Positions 47,744 through 57,470 of a stretch of 64,000 nt of DNA are shown piece by piece. Below the pieces are notes generated by a model that was given only the letters and a program-made list of their open reading frames with translations, was not told where the DNA came from and did not search any database. The position numbers and the translations under genes were made by a program. The stretch is from an uncultured Coriobacteriia bacterium (GTDB lineage: Bacteria; Actinomycetota; Coriobacteriia; Anaerosomatales; CAVYJL01). Numbering within the stretch: position 1 is the first letter of the stretch; every line of letters starts with the position of its first letter. The DNA is taken from positions 139,580 through 203,579 of the forward strand of contig CAVYJL010000008.1 of NCBI GenBank assembly GCA_963768865.1. Direction: 5' to 3'.

Positions 47744-48913
47744 ATGTACAGGTACACGATCAGCCCGGCGACTCAAGCAGCCCTCGGCCGCATCGAGCAG
47801 CTTCGAGTCTCTCTCGACGCGCAAGGCCCGCTGCCTCGGGTCTGGCTGGGCAGGACTCGCCGAGACCTCGAGGCGGAAGCCATCGCCGCATCGACCATCC
47901 TCGAGGGCGTTAACATCACAGTCGACGAGGCCCGCCGCATCCTGGCCGACGACCGCCCGACAGGGGTCTCGGCACAAGACGCGGCTCTAGTCGACGGATA
48001 CCGCGACGCTATGCGGTACGTGCTGGCGCGCGCCGACGCTCCTGCCTTCTCCTGGCAAAGCGAACTGCTCCTGGCCCTCCACCATCGTGTCCTTGCAGGA
48101 TCCCATGCTTCCGGAGCGGGCCGATTCCGCGACAGCCAGAATCGGCTGACGAACCGCGCCACCGGCTTGCAGGTCTACCTTCCGCCCCCGCCGGATCAGG
48201 TGCCCGGCGCGGTAGTCGACACGATGGACTGGCTCGACTCCTCCGCCGAGCCCGCACCGGTGACAGCCGCCCTGGCGCACGTATCCGTCGCGGGCATACA
48301 TCCGTTCCGCGACGGCAACGGCCGCACCGCTCGGATCACGGCTTCGCTGGCGATGTACCGCGGCGGCTACAAGGCCCCCCAGTTCACTAGTCTCGAGGAG
48401 TGGTGGGGGCGGCACGCCGTCGACTACTACGAGGCTTTCGAGTGCCTCGGGGACCACTGGGACCCGAGCGTCGACGTCACCCCGTTCATCGACGCGCACA
48501 CCGGCGCCCAAGTGACCCAGCTTGAAGCTCTTTCGCTTCGCAACGCCACCGATCGAGCTCTCTGGACGGTCCTGGAGGACGTCGCGGTCCACGACCTGGG
48601 CTTGCGCGAGCGCACCACGAACGCGCTCTACGACGCCTTCTTTGGCCGGGAGGTCACCAACCGCTACTACCGCAACGTGGCTGACGTATCGGATGTCACG
48701 GCCGCGCACGATCTCGCGAAGCTCGTGTCCTCCGGCCTACTCGAGAGCAGGGGTGCGGGGAGAAGCGCACACTACGTGGGCACCGAGGCGCTGATCGAAC
48801 GCGTTGCCGTGGCAAGCGAGCTCGGCCCGGAATGGCGCTCGCCGGGCGCGCCCTTGTCCGACCAGAGGGGCCTCGTCGTGGCCGGACTGGCTGCGCGGCT
48901 TCAAGCAGGGTGA
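47744..48913 (+). CDS. fic: Fic/DOC family protein (class II, intrinsic inhibitory helix) with C-terminal wHTH
   Basis: Fic motif HPFRDGNGRTAR. The N-terminal (S/T)xxxE(G/N) inhibitory motif is STILEG. The C-terminal wHTH-like region reads LVSSGLLESRGAGRSAHY. Confidence 0.9.
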   Translation: MYRYTISPATQAALGRIEQLRVSLDAQGPLPRVWLGRTRRDLEAEAIAASTILEGVNITVDEARRILADDRPTGVSAQDAALVDGYRDAMRYVLARADAPAFSWQSELLLALHHRVLAGSHASGAGRFRDSQNRLTNRATGLQVYLPPPPDQVPGAVVDTMDWLDSSAEPAPVTAALAHVSVAGIHPFRDGNGRTARITASLAMYRGGYKAPQFTSLEEWWGRHAVDYYEAFECLGDHWDPSVDVTPFIDAHTGAQVTQLEALSLRNATDRALWTVLEDVAVHDLGLRERTTNALYDAFFGREVTNRYYRNVADVSDVTAAHDLAKLVSSGLLESRGAGRSAHYVGTEALIERVAVASELGPEWRSPGAPLSDQRGLVVAGLAARLQAG

Positions 48914-48929
48914 GGGCCCGCGCCGCCGT

Positions 48930-49747
48930 CTAGCCTCGCCGCGCGGTGACGATCAGGCTCTCGTCGGTCATGGCGTCGAAGGCTTTGCCCGAGTGGTCCC
49001 CGTAGGTGGCGACATCCACGAAGCCGGCGCCGTCAGCCCATCCTCGAGCGCGCGCGAGGTGATCACCGTGTGCGGCCCCCTGTGGGCGGTAGCGGCCCAG
49101 CCCAGTTCCTCGTCGCCGGCCAGCGCGAGCGCCGCGTCCTTGGTGGCCGTCATGAACTCTATCCAGATCCGCACAGGGGCCTCGGGGGGCTCGAACTCGA
49201 GGAGCCGAAGGTACACCGCGGTCCCGCCCGGGACGTCTCGGACCTTCACCGGGAGGAAGCGCGGCCGCAGCTCCAAGAGGCGGTCGTGGTTGAGCAGGTG
49301 GAGCACCAGCGCCCCGCCGGGCCGCAGCACAGCGGCGAAGTCGGCGAGCGCGGCCGCAAGGCCGTCCGCGCCGTCCACGTGCGGCAACGCGTTTCCGGTA
49401 CAGGTCACGGCGTCCACTCGGCCCACTCCGAGCTGGGCCAGTCCGCCGAACCCGCCCTCGAGGAACCGCACGTCCACATCGCGCGAGGCGGCGTTTGCCC
49501 GCGCCGCAGCGAGCATGTCCTCGGCGGGATCCACGCCCGTGACCTCGAATCCTCGCTGCGAGAACGCGATGGCGTGGCGTCCGGTCCCGCATCCCACGTC
49601 CACGATCGTGCGCACCCCGGCGTTCTCGAACAGGCGCTCGAAGAAAGGCAGCTCCCGCGCGAGCCTGACGTCCCAATCCACCATCAGGTCGTAGTCCGAC
49701 CGGCGGTGCTGATGGATGTGGCCGGAGCCGTCCTGTTCAGAGCTCAT
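48930..49747 (-). CDS. Class I SAM-dependent methyltransferase; one frameshift near 49030-49040
   Basis: SAM motif I IVDVGCGTGRHA, post-I GVDPAEDML, and LRPGGALVL. The C-terminus is recovered from ORF 48930..49676 (..DGAGFVDVATYGDHSGKAFDAMTDESLIVTARRG*). Its ATG overlaps the upstream stop (ATGA). Confidence 0.75.
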
Positions 49748-50418
49748 GCGCTTCCCTTCCGTCTGATGCCAAGCCGACCCCAATCGCTGTTCAGGATGGG
49801 GTCGACAACGAAGTACGCGATCGCCACGAGCCACCACATGTTCGACGCCCAAGTCGGACTCCACAAGGCCACGATCATGGACGTGCCGAACACGGTGGGC
49901 GTGATGAAGGACTTGATGACGGCGACGCGCCGGTCGGCTCCGGGTGCCGTGAGCCCCGATGAGTACGCGTACAGCAGCATGAACAGCACGGCGATCCCGG
50001 TGAGCGTCATCGCGCCGGCGTAGATCTCGACGCCCAGCAGCGTGTTGCCGTAGTCGGCCACGACTTGGGTCGGGAACGGAAGCAGGGCGACGAAGAACAG
50101 CACCAGCAGATTGAGCCACAACATCCGTGTGTCGAAGCGATCCACGAAGTTGTACAGGCGATGATGCGCCACCCAGTACCCGCCGATCACGACGAACGAG
50201 AGCGCGAACGCGAAGAAGTTGGGCACGAGCGCCGCCAGCTGCGGACCCAAGGCAGGGCTTGCGCTGGTGGCGTCCAGCGCCGGCAGGCGCACGTCGAGGG
50301 CCAGCAGGGTGATCGCGATAGCGAAGACGGCGTCGGAGAAGTTGACGAGCCGGTCGAGGGAACGCTGGCCCCTCTTGCGGTCGGCGACGCTCTCGCGAGC
50401 TGCACCCGCCTCGGCCAC
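49744..50418 (-). CDS. TMEM175/DUF1211 family potassium channel
   Basis: Signature RLVNFSDAVFAIAITLLALD in TM1, with six predicted TM helices. Confidence 0.85.
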   Translation of the reverse strand: MAEAGAARESVADRKRGQRSLDRLVNFSDAVFAIAITLLALDVRLPALDATSASPALGPQLAALVPNFFAFALSFVVIGGYWVAHHRLYNFVDRFDTRMLWLNLLVLFFVALLPFPTQVVADYGNTLLGVEIYAGAMTLTGIAVLFMLLYAYSSGLTAPGADRRVAVIKSFITPTVFGTSMIVALWSPTWASNMWWLVAIAYFVVDPILNSDWGRLGIRRKGSA

Positions 50419-50428
50419 TTCGGTCCCC

Positions 50429-51346
50429 CTAGTCGTCGATGCGGAAGATCCTCGCCGCGTTTCCCCTCAGGACCTTGTCACGGTCGCCGTCCGAAACGCC
50501 CAGCTCCTCAAGGATGCGGCGCTGCTGGAACGTGATCCACTTGCGGTACGGGGCCGTCGTACCCGAATCCGTGCCGAAGAGGATCCTGTCGGGGCCTAAT
50601 GCGATGAGCGCGGCCTCGAAGACCTCGGGCAACGTCATCCGGGGCACGTAGTTGTCCAGCCAGTTGTTGGTGCCCGAGGTGTCCACGCACACGTTCTTGC
50701 ACTGGTACGCGAGCTTGAGCACCGAGTCGATCCACCCCGCGCCGAAGTGCGCGATCACGAACGAGCTCTCGGGATAGTCGCGGGCCACCGGCGACAGGTC
50801 TATGGGGTCGGCGAAACGCAGGTCGCCCGTGGGGTCCACCGTGACGCCGTAGTGGATGATGAAGCTCATCCCCAGCTCGCAGGCCGCATCGAAGAACGGC
50901 CGCGCGCCGGAGTCGGAGAGGCGGTAGCACCGGTTCACCGGGTAGAGCTTGAAGCCCTTGAAGCCATCAGCGTGGGCGCGCCGGACCTGGTCCGCCACGT
51001 CCGGCGCGAACGGGTCAAGCGACGCCAGGACGCTCACCTTGCCCGCCGACTCGCGGATGAAGTCCACCATGTACTGGGACGGCCCCGTGGCCACGACGAT
51101 CCCTTTGGTGATGCCGGCGTCGTTCAGCCGTTCGGAGTACCACTCAGCCATCTGCGCGGGGTCGAGCTCGGGCAGGTTGAAGTTCTCGCCGCGCCGGCCC
51201 CACTTGCGGTCCTTGACCGCCCGCTGGAAGCGCTCGGCCTGCGGCATCGCGGCGATCATCTCTTCCATGATCGCCAGCGTGAACAGGTGCATGTGAGCGT
51301 CTACGACGTCTCCGGGCTTGGTGGGAGGGACGGTCTTGGACGACAT
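50429..51346 (-). CDS. Amidohydrolase-2 (TIM-barrel metal-dependent hydrolase) family protein
   Basis: N-terminal metal motif VVDAHMHLF, later IAHFGAGW and the LFGTDSG Asp motif. ATG is at 51346. Confidence 0.75.
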   Translation of the reverse strand: MSSKTVPPTKPGDVVDAHMHLFTLAIMEEMIAAMPQAERFQRAVKDRKWGRRGENFNLPELDPAQMAEWYSERLNDAGITKGIVVATGPSQYMVDFIRESAGKVSVLASLDPFAPDVADQVRRAHADGFKGFKLYPVNRCYRLSDSGARPFFDAACELGMSFIIHYGVTVDPTGDLRFADPIDLSPVARDYPESSFVIAHFGAGWIDSVLKLAYQCKNVCVDTSGTNNWLDNYVPRMTLPEVFEAALIALGPDRILFGTDSGTTAPYRKWITFQQRRILEELGVSDGDRDKVLRGNAARIFRIDD

Positions 51347-51384
51347 AGAGGTCGTGGCTCCTTCTGCTCGGCTCGTTGCGTCGG

Positions 51385-52724
51385 TCACAGGCCCGATCCT
51401 TCTCCTGCCGAGGAGTCGGACTTGCGCGGCACCTGGTCCGGCACGATACGCGTGACGCGCAGGCGCGCGATACGGCGCCTGCGCACGTTGGCGACCCGGA
51501 TCCGCCACTCGGCATGCTCGAGGGTCTCACCCGGCTCCGGTATGTGCCCCAACTCGGCAAGGACCCATCCCGCGACCGTCTCGTACTCTTCGCTCTCCGG
51601 GATCTCGAGGCCGAGCTTCTCGTTGGCCTCCTCCACGGGGAGGCGCCCGTCCACGAGCCAGTCGCCGGCGCGCAGCGGTTGCACATAGCGCCGGACGCGG
51701 TCGGACTCGTCGGCGACCTCGCCCACGACCTCCTCGATGATGTCCTCGAGCGTGACCAGGCCTTCCGTACCGCCGTGCTCGTCCACGACGATCGCCATCT
51801 GGTCGTGCGACGTGCGCATCTCGCCCAGGAGGTCGATCACGCGCTTGGTCTCCGGCACGAACACGGCGTTGCGAACGTAGTCGCCGATGAGGTCGCACTG
51901 CCGCTCGTCCATGACGCACGGAAGCGTGTCTTTGAGCAGGAGCACGCCCACGATGCTGTCGCGATCCTCGTGGTAGACCGGCAACCGCGAGAACCCGGTG
52001 CCCTGGAAGACCTCGAGCGCTCGCGGCAAGGGCGTGGTGTCCTCGAGCATGACCATGTCCACCCGGGGCACCATGACCTCGCGCGCGGTCGTGTCGCCGA
52101 GCTCGAAGACCTCGGCGATCATGCGCTTCTCTTCGTCCAGCAGGGTGCCCTGCTCGGTCACGAGGAGCTTGAGCTCCTCCTCGGTGACCCCCGGCTTGCC
52201 GCCGGCGTGCAGGCCTATGACGCGCCCCATGACGTCCGCCGAGCGGGCGAGCAGCCAAGTGAGCGGTGCGGCGGCGGCCGCGATCAACGCGATCGGGCGC
52301 GCGACGACCACGGAGACGGACTCGGCACGCTGGAGACCCAAGCGCTTGGGCGTGAGCTCGCCGAACACGAGAGAGATGTAGCTCACGAGCGTCGTGGTCA
52401 CCACCACGGCGAGGCCGCCGGTGATGCTCTTGGGGACGTCCCACGCCCGCGAGCCAGACCGCGAGAACCTCCGCGAGGCTGACGGCGGCGACTGCGCTCG
52501 CGAGGAAGCCCACGAGCGTCATCCCCACCTGCACGGCGGCGAGCAGTCGCGAGGGGTCGGCCAGAAGGTCCAGCGCCACGCGCGCGCCCGCCTCCCCCTC
52601 CTCGGCCCGCCGACGCAGCAACGGGCGGCTCGCCGAGATCGAGCGCGATCTCAGCCGCAGCGAAGAAGCCGCCGATCAGGACGAGGACGAATATGCCGAT
52701 GATCTCGAGCAGGTAGGCACTCAT
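51385..52724 (-). CDS. CorC/HlyC (DUF21-CBS-CorC_HlyC) family protein; two frameshifts near 52640 and 52430
   Basis: The pieces 52398..52724 (MSAYLLEIIGIFVLVLIGGFFAAAEIAL), 51527..52621 (ISASRPLLRRRAEEGEAGARVALDLLADPSRLLAAVQVGMTLVGF..) and 51385..52407 (..LVFGELTPKRLG.., CBS pair, C-terminal transporter-associated domain) join in order. Confidence 0.8.
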
Positions 52725-52846
52725 GGACTAGAGCTTACCGCTACGGACGCCGTCACCTGCGCCGGGGGGCGCACGAGGGTGACGGCCGCCCTGGTGTGAG
52801 GTGCCGGAAAACCTTACCATCTGACGGGGCGTGTGGAGGGGGTAAG

Positions 52847-54875
52847 GTGCCAGCCGAGGATCACGACAGGAAGCGCGCAGCGGAGGCCGCTGTACGCGGC
52901 ATAGCCAGCGCTTTCAAGACACTGCGCCTCTATCCCGCCGCGAGTCCGATCCCGCGCCAGGCGGCGGACACCGCCGCGGACGAGGTCATGCGCCTGCTGG
53001 ACGGACGCGACTTCGCCGCGCTGCACGTGGAGCGCGATGGGCTGTCGTTCGACGGCGTCGCGATCCCCGGCATCGTTCCCGGCGCCGCCGACGTCGCGGA
53101 CCTGCTGCGAAGCCATGGTGTGGCGGACGTCGCGTTCACCGCCCCCTGCTCGGCCGACGACGTGCTCGCCTTCGTGACCGCACTGGCTCGCGAGCCCTCC
53201 GACCTGCGCGCGAGTGGCGGGTTGGGCCCGGTGCTGGACGGCGCGGGCGTGGGCTCCATCCAGGTGTCCGACATCGCGATCCTGCTCACCGCCCACAGCG
53301 CGGGCTCCGACGCGCCCGCCGCCGACGCCGCGGGCGGCCCCGTCGACGCCGAGCCCTCGGCCCTGGATGCCGAGGCCTCGGCGATGCTCCGCTCCGTGGC
53401 CAACGACCCCAACCGCCTGGCCGCCTGGATCTCCGGCGTCGCCCCCGAGCGCGACTCGCTGGACCAGGGGCTGTTGCAGCTGTCTTCTGCGATCGGCGGC
53501 GCAGACGCCTTCGGCGCGTCGCTGGCCGGCGCGTTCCCCAGGCTCACCGCGTTCGACCGCGATGCCCTTCTCGCGCTCGCCGTGGACCCGGGCGCGTCCG
53601 ACGGCGTCACCCGGGCGTTCGTGTCCATGCTCCCCGACGACGAGCTCGCCCAGGCGCTGACCAGCGGCCGCTCGGGAGAGAACATGCTGGCTCTGTCCAA
53701 CGCGCTCGCGTGCCTGCCTTTGGGCGGCCGGCTGGGACGAGTGATGGAGAGCGTCAAGGGGCTGCTGCCCTCGCTCGGGCACGGGGACAAGGAGATGCGC
53801 TTCCTCGAACACATGGTGGAAGTGCGCACCGCGGGCGGCCCGGACGAGCCCATCACCGACGCGGAACCCGACCTGGGCGAGATCGCCCTCGCGGTCAAGT
53901 CGCTGTCCGACGACTTCTCGGCCCAACACGCCGAGGTCGCGAGCGCACGTGCCGGAGGCTCCGAGCGAGCCATAGCCACGATGCTCACGCTGCTCGAACA
54001 GCAGCAAGACTTCGCGCTGTATTGCGAGACCCTGGACCGGATCACGGCCATGGTTCCCGGGCTCATCGGCGCCGGCGAGCTGGGGCTCGCGGCGCGGCTG
54101 CTCGACGAGCTCAGCACGCGCGTGACGGCCTCGCAGGGAGCCTGGCCGGGCGTGCGCGAACGTGCCGAGGGTGCCGTTCATCGGGCGCTGCGGCCCGACA
54201 CCATACGGGCGCTGCTGGACGCGGTGCTCGCCCAGGGTGACGACTCGCTGCCCGCCGCCCGCGAGATCGATGCGGTACGGCGACGAGGCGGCCGTGCACT
54301 CCCTCATGGAGATCGCGCTCGCCTCGGGCGACGGCCGCAACTTCGCCGCCGCCGAGCAACTCGTGGGCAGGCGCATGCTCGACGAGCTGTGCCGCGCCGC
54401 CGGGACCGTGCCCGCCAGCGGCGTCGCCGCGGTCGCGCGCAGGCTGGCGGCGGCCAGCTCCGAGCCCCGCTGCGCGGCGGCGCTGGACACGCTCGCGGCG
54501 CGGCCCGACCCGGCCTCCCGCCGCGAGCTCGCGGCGTCGGTGGCCCGCGTGGACACCCAGTACGCCGTGACCCTCTCCGAACAGCTGCTCTCCGACCGCG
54601 ACGCCGAGGTCTCCGTCACGGCGGCGCGCGGCCTGGGACAGAATCCGAGCGACGGAGCGTCCAGGGCCCTCGCGCAGCGCCTGTCGCAGCTGGACGTGGA
54701 CGGACGGGACTTCCCGCTCGCCCGCGAGATCGTCCTGTCCCTGGCCCGCCATCACGATCCGATAGCCATCGGCGCTTTGGACCGGCTGGCGGCTCGCCGA
54801 TCGCTCATCAAGCGCGCGAACTTCACCGCGCTGCAGGAGATCGTCCGTCAGGCCCAACACATGCAACGGCGGTGA
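52847..54875 (+). CDS. HEAT-repeat protein with LYPAAS N-terminal domain (cassette 2, ~675 aa); one frameshift near 54267
   Basis: GTG 52847 follows GGAGGGGG. The N-terminus reads ..FKTLRLYPAASPIPRQAAD... ORF 52796..54907 joins ORF 54162..54875 as ..LPAAREI|MRYGDEAAVHSLMEIALASGDG... The C-terminal repeats (DRDAEVSVTAARGLG, DFPLAREIVLSLARHHDP) are HEAT-like. Confidence 0.7.
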
Positions 54876-54903
54876 CGATGTCGGACCCTCGGAAAGGCCA
54901 ACG

Positions 54904-56223
54904 ATGAACGAGTCCGCCGAGCTTGTGGTGGGCGCGCTGGCGGCCGCGAGAAAGGCCGGGCAGCTGTACCCGGCCGCGCATCCCGCATACATAGAGGCGG
55001 CCCAGGCTCTCGCCGAGGCCGTGGCCGAGGCCGCCGGCACGGGGCCGTTCTCGCTCACGCTGTACCAGGGCAGGCTCTACTCGGGGAGCGAGCCGCTGTC
55101 GGACGACACTCCCGCCGCGGCCACCCTGTCGGGGGCGCTGGAGGCGCGCGGAATCGAAAGCCTCACGTTCGCGCCCGGATTCACCCTCACCGACGCGGAT
55201 GCGCTCACCGCGGTGCTGAACCTGCGAACGAGCATGACCCTGGACCCTGCCGCCGAGCTCGCCTCGCGTGGCGCGCGCGGCGTCGGGATCGCCGCCGTGG
55301 CCCGCTCCGCGACCAACGACCGGGAGCGGCGCGGACGGCAACGCGAGCAGGACCGCGCACTATACCAGCGCCTGCTGGGGCAGCTGCGCAACGTCTCCAG
55401 GCAGGTCGCCGCCCGCGACACGCCCGACGTCCGCGACGCGAACGCGATGGTGGGCTCCGTCCTGTCCCGGCTGCTGGAAGACGAGTCGGCAGTGCTGGGC
55501 CTGGCCACGATCCGCGCCCAAGGCGAGGCCGAGCTCTTCCACGCCGTGAACGTGATGATCTACTCGATGGCCCTGGGGCGGCAGCTGGGACTGCCCGAAG
55601 CCGACCTCACGGCGTTGGGAGTCTCGGCGCTGCTCCACGACATCGGCAAGGCGCAGTTCGACCAGGCCACGCCGCAAGGTGCCGAGGCCGCGCGCCTGGG
55701 CCACCCCTCGGCGGGCGCCTCGGTGCTCGCTGGGCTGCCCGAGGGCGAGCGCGAACCGCTGCTCGTGGCGTACGAGCACCACATGGGCGTGGACGGCTCC
55801 GGCTGGCCGCGACCCGCGACCGGATACCGGCCGCACCCCTTCGGTCGCATCGTCGCGGTGGGCAACCGGTACGACAACCTCGTGAAGCCTCTCACGGGAG
55901 ACGAGCCCATGCCGCCCGAGCGCGCGGTCGCCCGGCTCATGGCCGAGGCCGAAGGGCCGCTGGACCCCGTATTCGTGCGCCTCTTCATCCGGGCGATAGG
56001 CGTGGTGCCCATCGGGGCGTCCGTGCGCCTGTCCGACGCGTCCGTGGGCGTGGTGTGCGCGGTCGGCGAAGACGTGCTAACCCCCACCGTGCGGCTCGTC
56101 TTCGACGGTTCCGGCGCCGAGGTGGAGGACGCGCAGGACGTTGACCTCACCCGGGATCCGCGGTTCATCGCCGAGGTCCTGGACCCCGAGGAACTGGCGT
56201 TGGACCCGAGCGAGCACCTCTAG
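54904..56223 (+). CDS. HD-GYP-family protein with degenerate GWP motif (cassette 2)
   Basis: LLHDIGK, YEHHMGVDGSGWP, C-terminal GVVPIGASVRLSDASVGVV, and an N-terminal QLYPAAHP domain. Confidence 0.85.
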   Translation: MNESAELVVGALAAARKAGQLYPAAHPAYIEAAQALAEAVAEAAGTGPFSLTLYQGRLYSGSEPLSDDTPAAATLSGALEARGIESLTFAPGFTLTDADALTAVLNLRTSMTLDPAAELASRGARGVGIAAVARSATNDRERRGRQREQDRALYQRLLGQLRNVSRQVAARDTPDVRDANAMVGSVLSRLLEDESAVLGLATIRAQGEAELFHAVNVMIYSMALGRQLGLPEADLTALGVSALLHDIGKAQFDQATPQGAEAARLGHPSAGASVLAGLPEGEREPLLVAYEHHMGVDGSGWPRPATGYRPHPFGRIVAVGNRYDNLVKPLTGDEPMPPERAVARLMAEAEGPLDPVFVRLFIRAIGVVPIGASVRLSDASVGVVCAVGEDVLTPTVRLVFDGSGAEVEDAQDVDLTRDPRFIAEVLDPEELALDPSEHL

Positions 56224-56256
56224 CCCGCCGGCGCGGGCGAGTCCGGCCCGCCTCGC

Positions 56257-56619
56257 TCAGCTCTCGATGCGGAAGGTGCGGTCGATCTTCTCGAGCACAG
56301 CGGCGACGAGCGCCAGTCGCATGCGCTTGTCCGTGCAAGCATCGGCGAAGCGATCAACCGACCTCACGATCTCCGCCGAGGGCTTGTAGCGGATGAGGCC
56401 GCCCGCATTGGACAGGATGTCCGAGCGGCAGAGCTGCTCGAGGTCGTCGTCGAGGTCGTCGGGACGCCTGGCCCACTCGCGCCGCGAGTGCCCTCTTGTC
56501 CAGCACGGCCGACGGGTGCTTCTGGAAGAAGAGGAGATCTCCCAAGCGAGCAGCGTGCGGACGTGCGCGTCAACGAACCGCGCGAGCCCCGGATCCACGA
56601 GCCCTCCCGAACCTTCCAC
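56257..56619 (-). CDS. Small hypothetical wHTH-like protein (~120 aa); two compensating frameshifts (~56535 and ~56465)
   Basis: ORF 56257..56619 loses sense between the residues WEI and RRPDD. In that stretch the -1 frame (ORF 56354..56545) reads a natural LLFFQKHPSAVLDKRALAARVGQ. Confidence 0.5.
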   Translation of the reverse strand: MEGSGGLVDPGLARFVDAHVRTLLAWEISSSSRSTRRPCWTRGHSRREWARRPDDLDDDLEQLCRSDILSNAGGLIRYKPSAEIVRSVDRFADACTDKRMRLALVAAVLEKIDRTFRIES

Positions 56620-56849
56620 GCGCCCCTCCTTTCTCGCCGACGGCGACAGATTGCCGCTATCGGCGAGTCCCTGACCACCTTATATCCGTGGTCTGACAGG
56701 CGCCAGCACGCCGCGCGGGACGGCGCCCGGCGCAACGGCCGCCCGGCTGTCTCGCCGTACGGGTACCATGATGCGACGGCCCTCGAGGCCGGTCCGCAGC
56801 GGAGATCCCGCGCACGCCGCCCGGCGTGCTCGATCCAAGGAGCATGGTG

Positions 56850-57392
56850 ATGGCTGAGAACATCGGTAGGACGGCGGTCGTGCACTACCGGGGCACGCTC
56901 GAAGACGGCAGCGAGTTCGATTCGAGCATCGGCGGCGATCCGCTGGAGTTCGTCGTGGGCGCGGGCGACATCATCCCCGGGTTCGACCGCGCGGTGGCGG
57001 CCATGAACCCGGGCGACAAGACCACCGTCACCATCCCGCCGGACGACGCCTATGGTGAGCGCACCGAAGAGGCCGTCCAGAAGGCGCCGCGCGAGATGTT
57101 CGGCGATCACGAGCCGGTCGAGGGCGAGATGGTGGGCCTCGTGGGCCCCGACGGGCGTCAGCTCGCCGCGACCATCGGCACCGTCGCGGCGGACGGCGTG
57201 GAGCTCGACTTCAACCACCCTCTCGCCGGCAAGACCCTCACGTTCGAGATCGAGCTGCTCGAGCTCATCGACACCGAGGAGATAGACGTCGTTGAGACGC
57301 CCGACGGCATCGTGTTCGAAGAGGTCGACGTCGTGGAGACCAAAGAAGGCAAGACGATCGTCGACACCGTCGACGTCATCGAGGAGGACTGA
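56850..57392 (+). CDS. slyD: FKBP-type peptidyl-prolyl isomerase (SlyD-like) with acidic tail
   Basis: VHYRGTLEDGSEFDSS.., IPGFDRAV, and an IF-domain insert ending LDFNHPLAGKTLTFEIELLEL. AAGGAG lies 7 nt before ATG 56850 (ATG 56844 is also possible). Confidence 0.85.
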   Translation: MAENIGRTAVVHYRGTLEDGSEFDSSIGGDPLEFVVGAGDIIPGFDRAVAAMNPGDKTTVTIPPDDAYGERTEEAVQKAPREMFGDHEPVEGEMVGLVGPDGRQLAATIGTVAADGVELDFNHPLAGKTLTFEIELLELIDTEEIDVVETPDGIVFEEVDVVETKEGKTIVDTVDVIEED

Positions 57393-57430
57393 GCTGAGGC
57401 CCCGAAAGGCGGCTCCGGCCGGTCGGACAC

Positions 57431-57462
57431 GAGGGGGGCGGCGCGCACGCGCCGCCCCCCTC
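57431..57462. terminator. GC-rich hairpin between convergent genes
   Basis: GAGGGGGGCGGCGCG-ca-CGCGCCGCCCCCCTC has perfect 15-nt arms. A weak T-tract (GCTCGTCTTC) follows on the plus strand. Confidence 0.5.
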
Positions 57463-57470
57463 GCTCGTCT

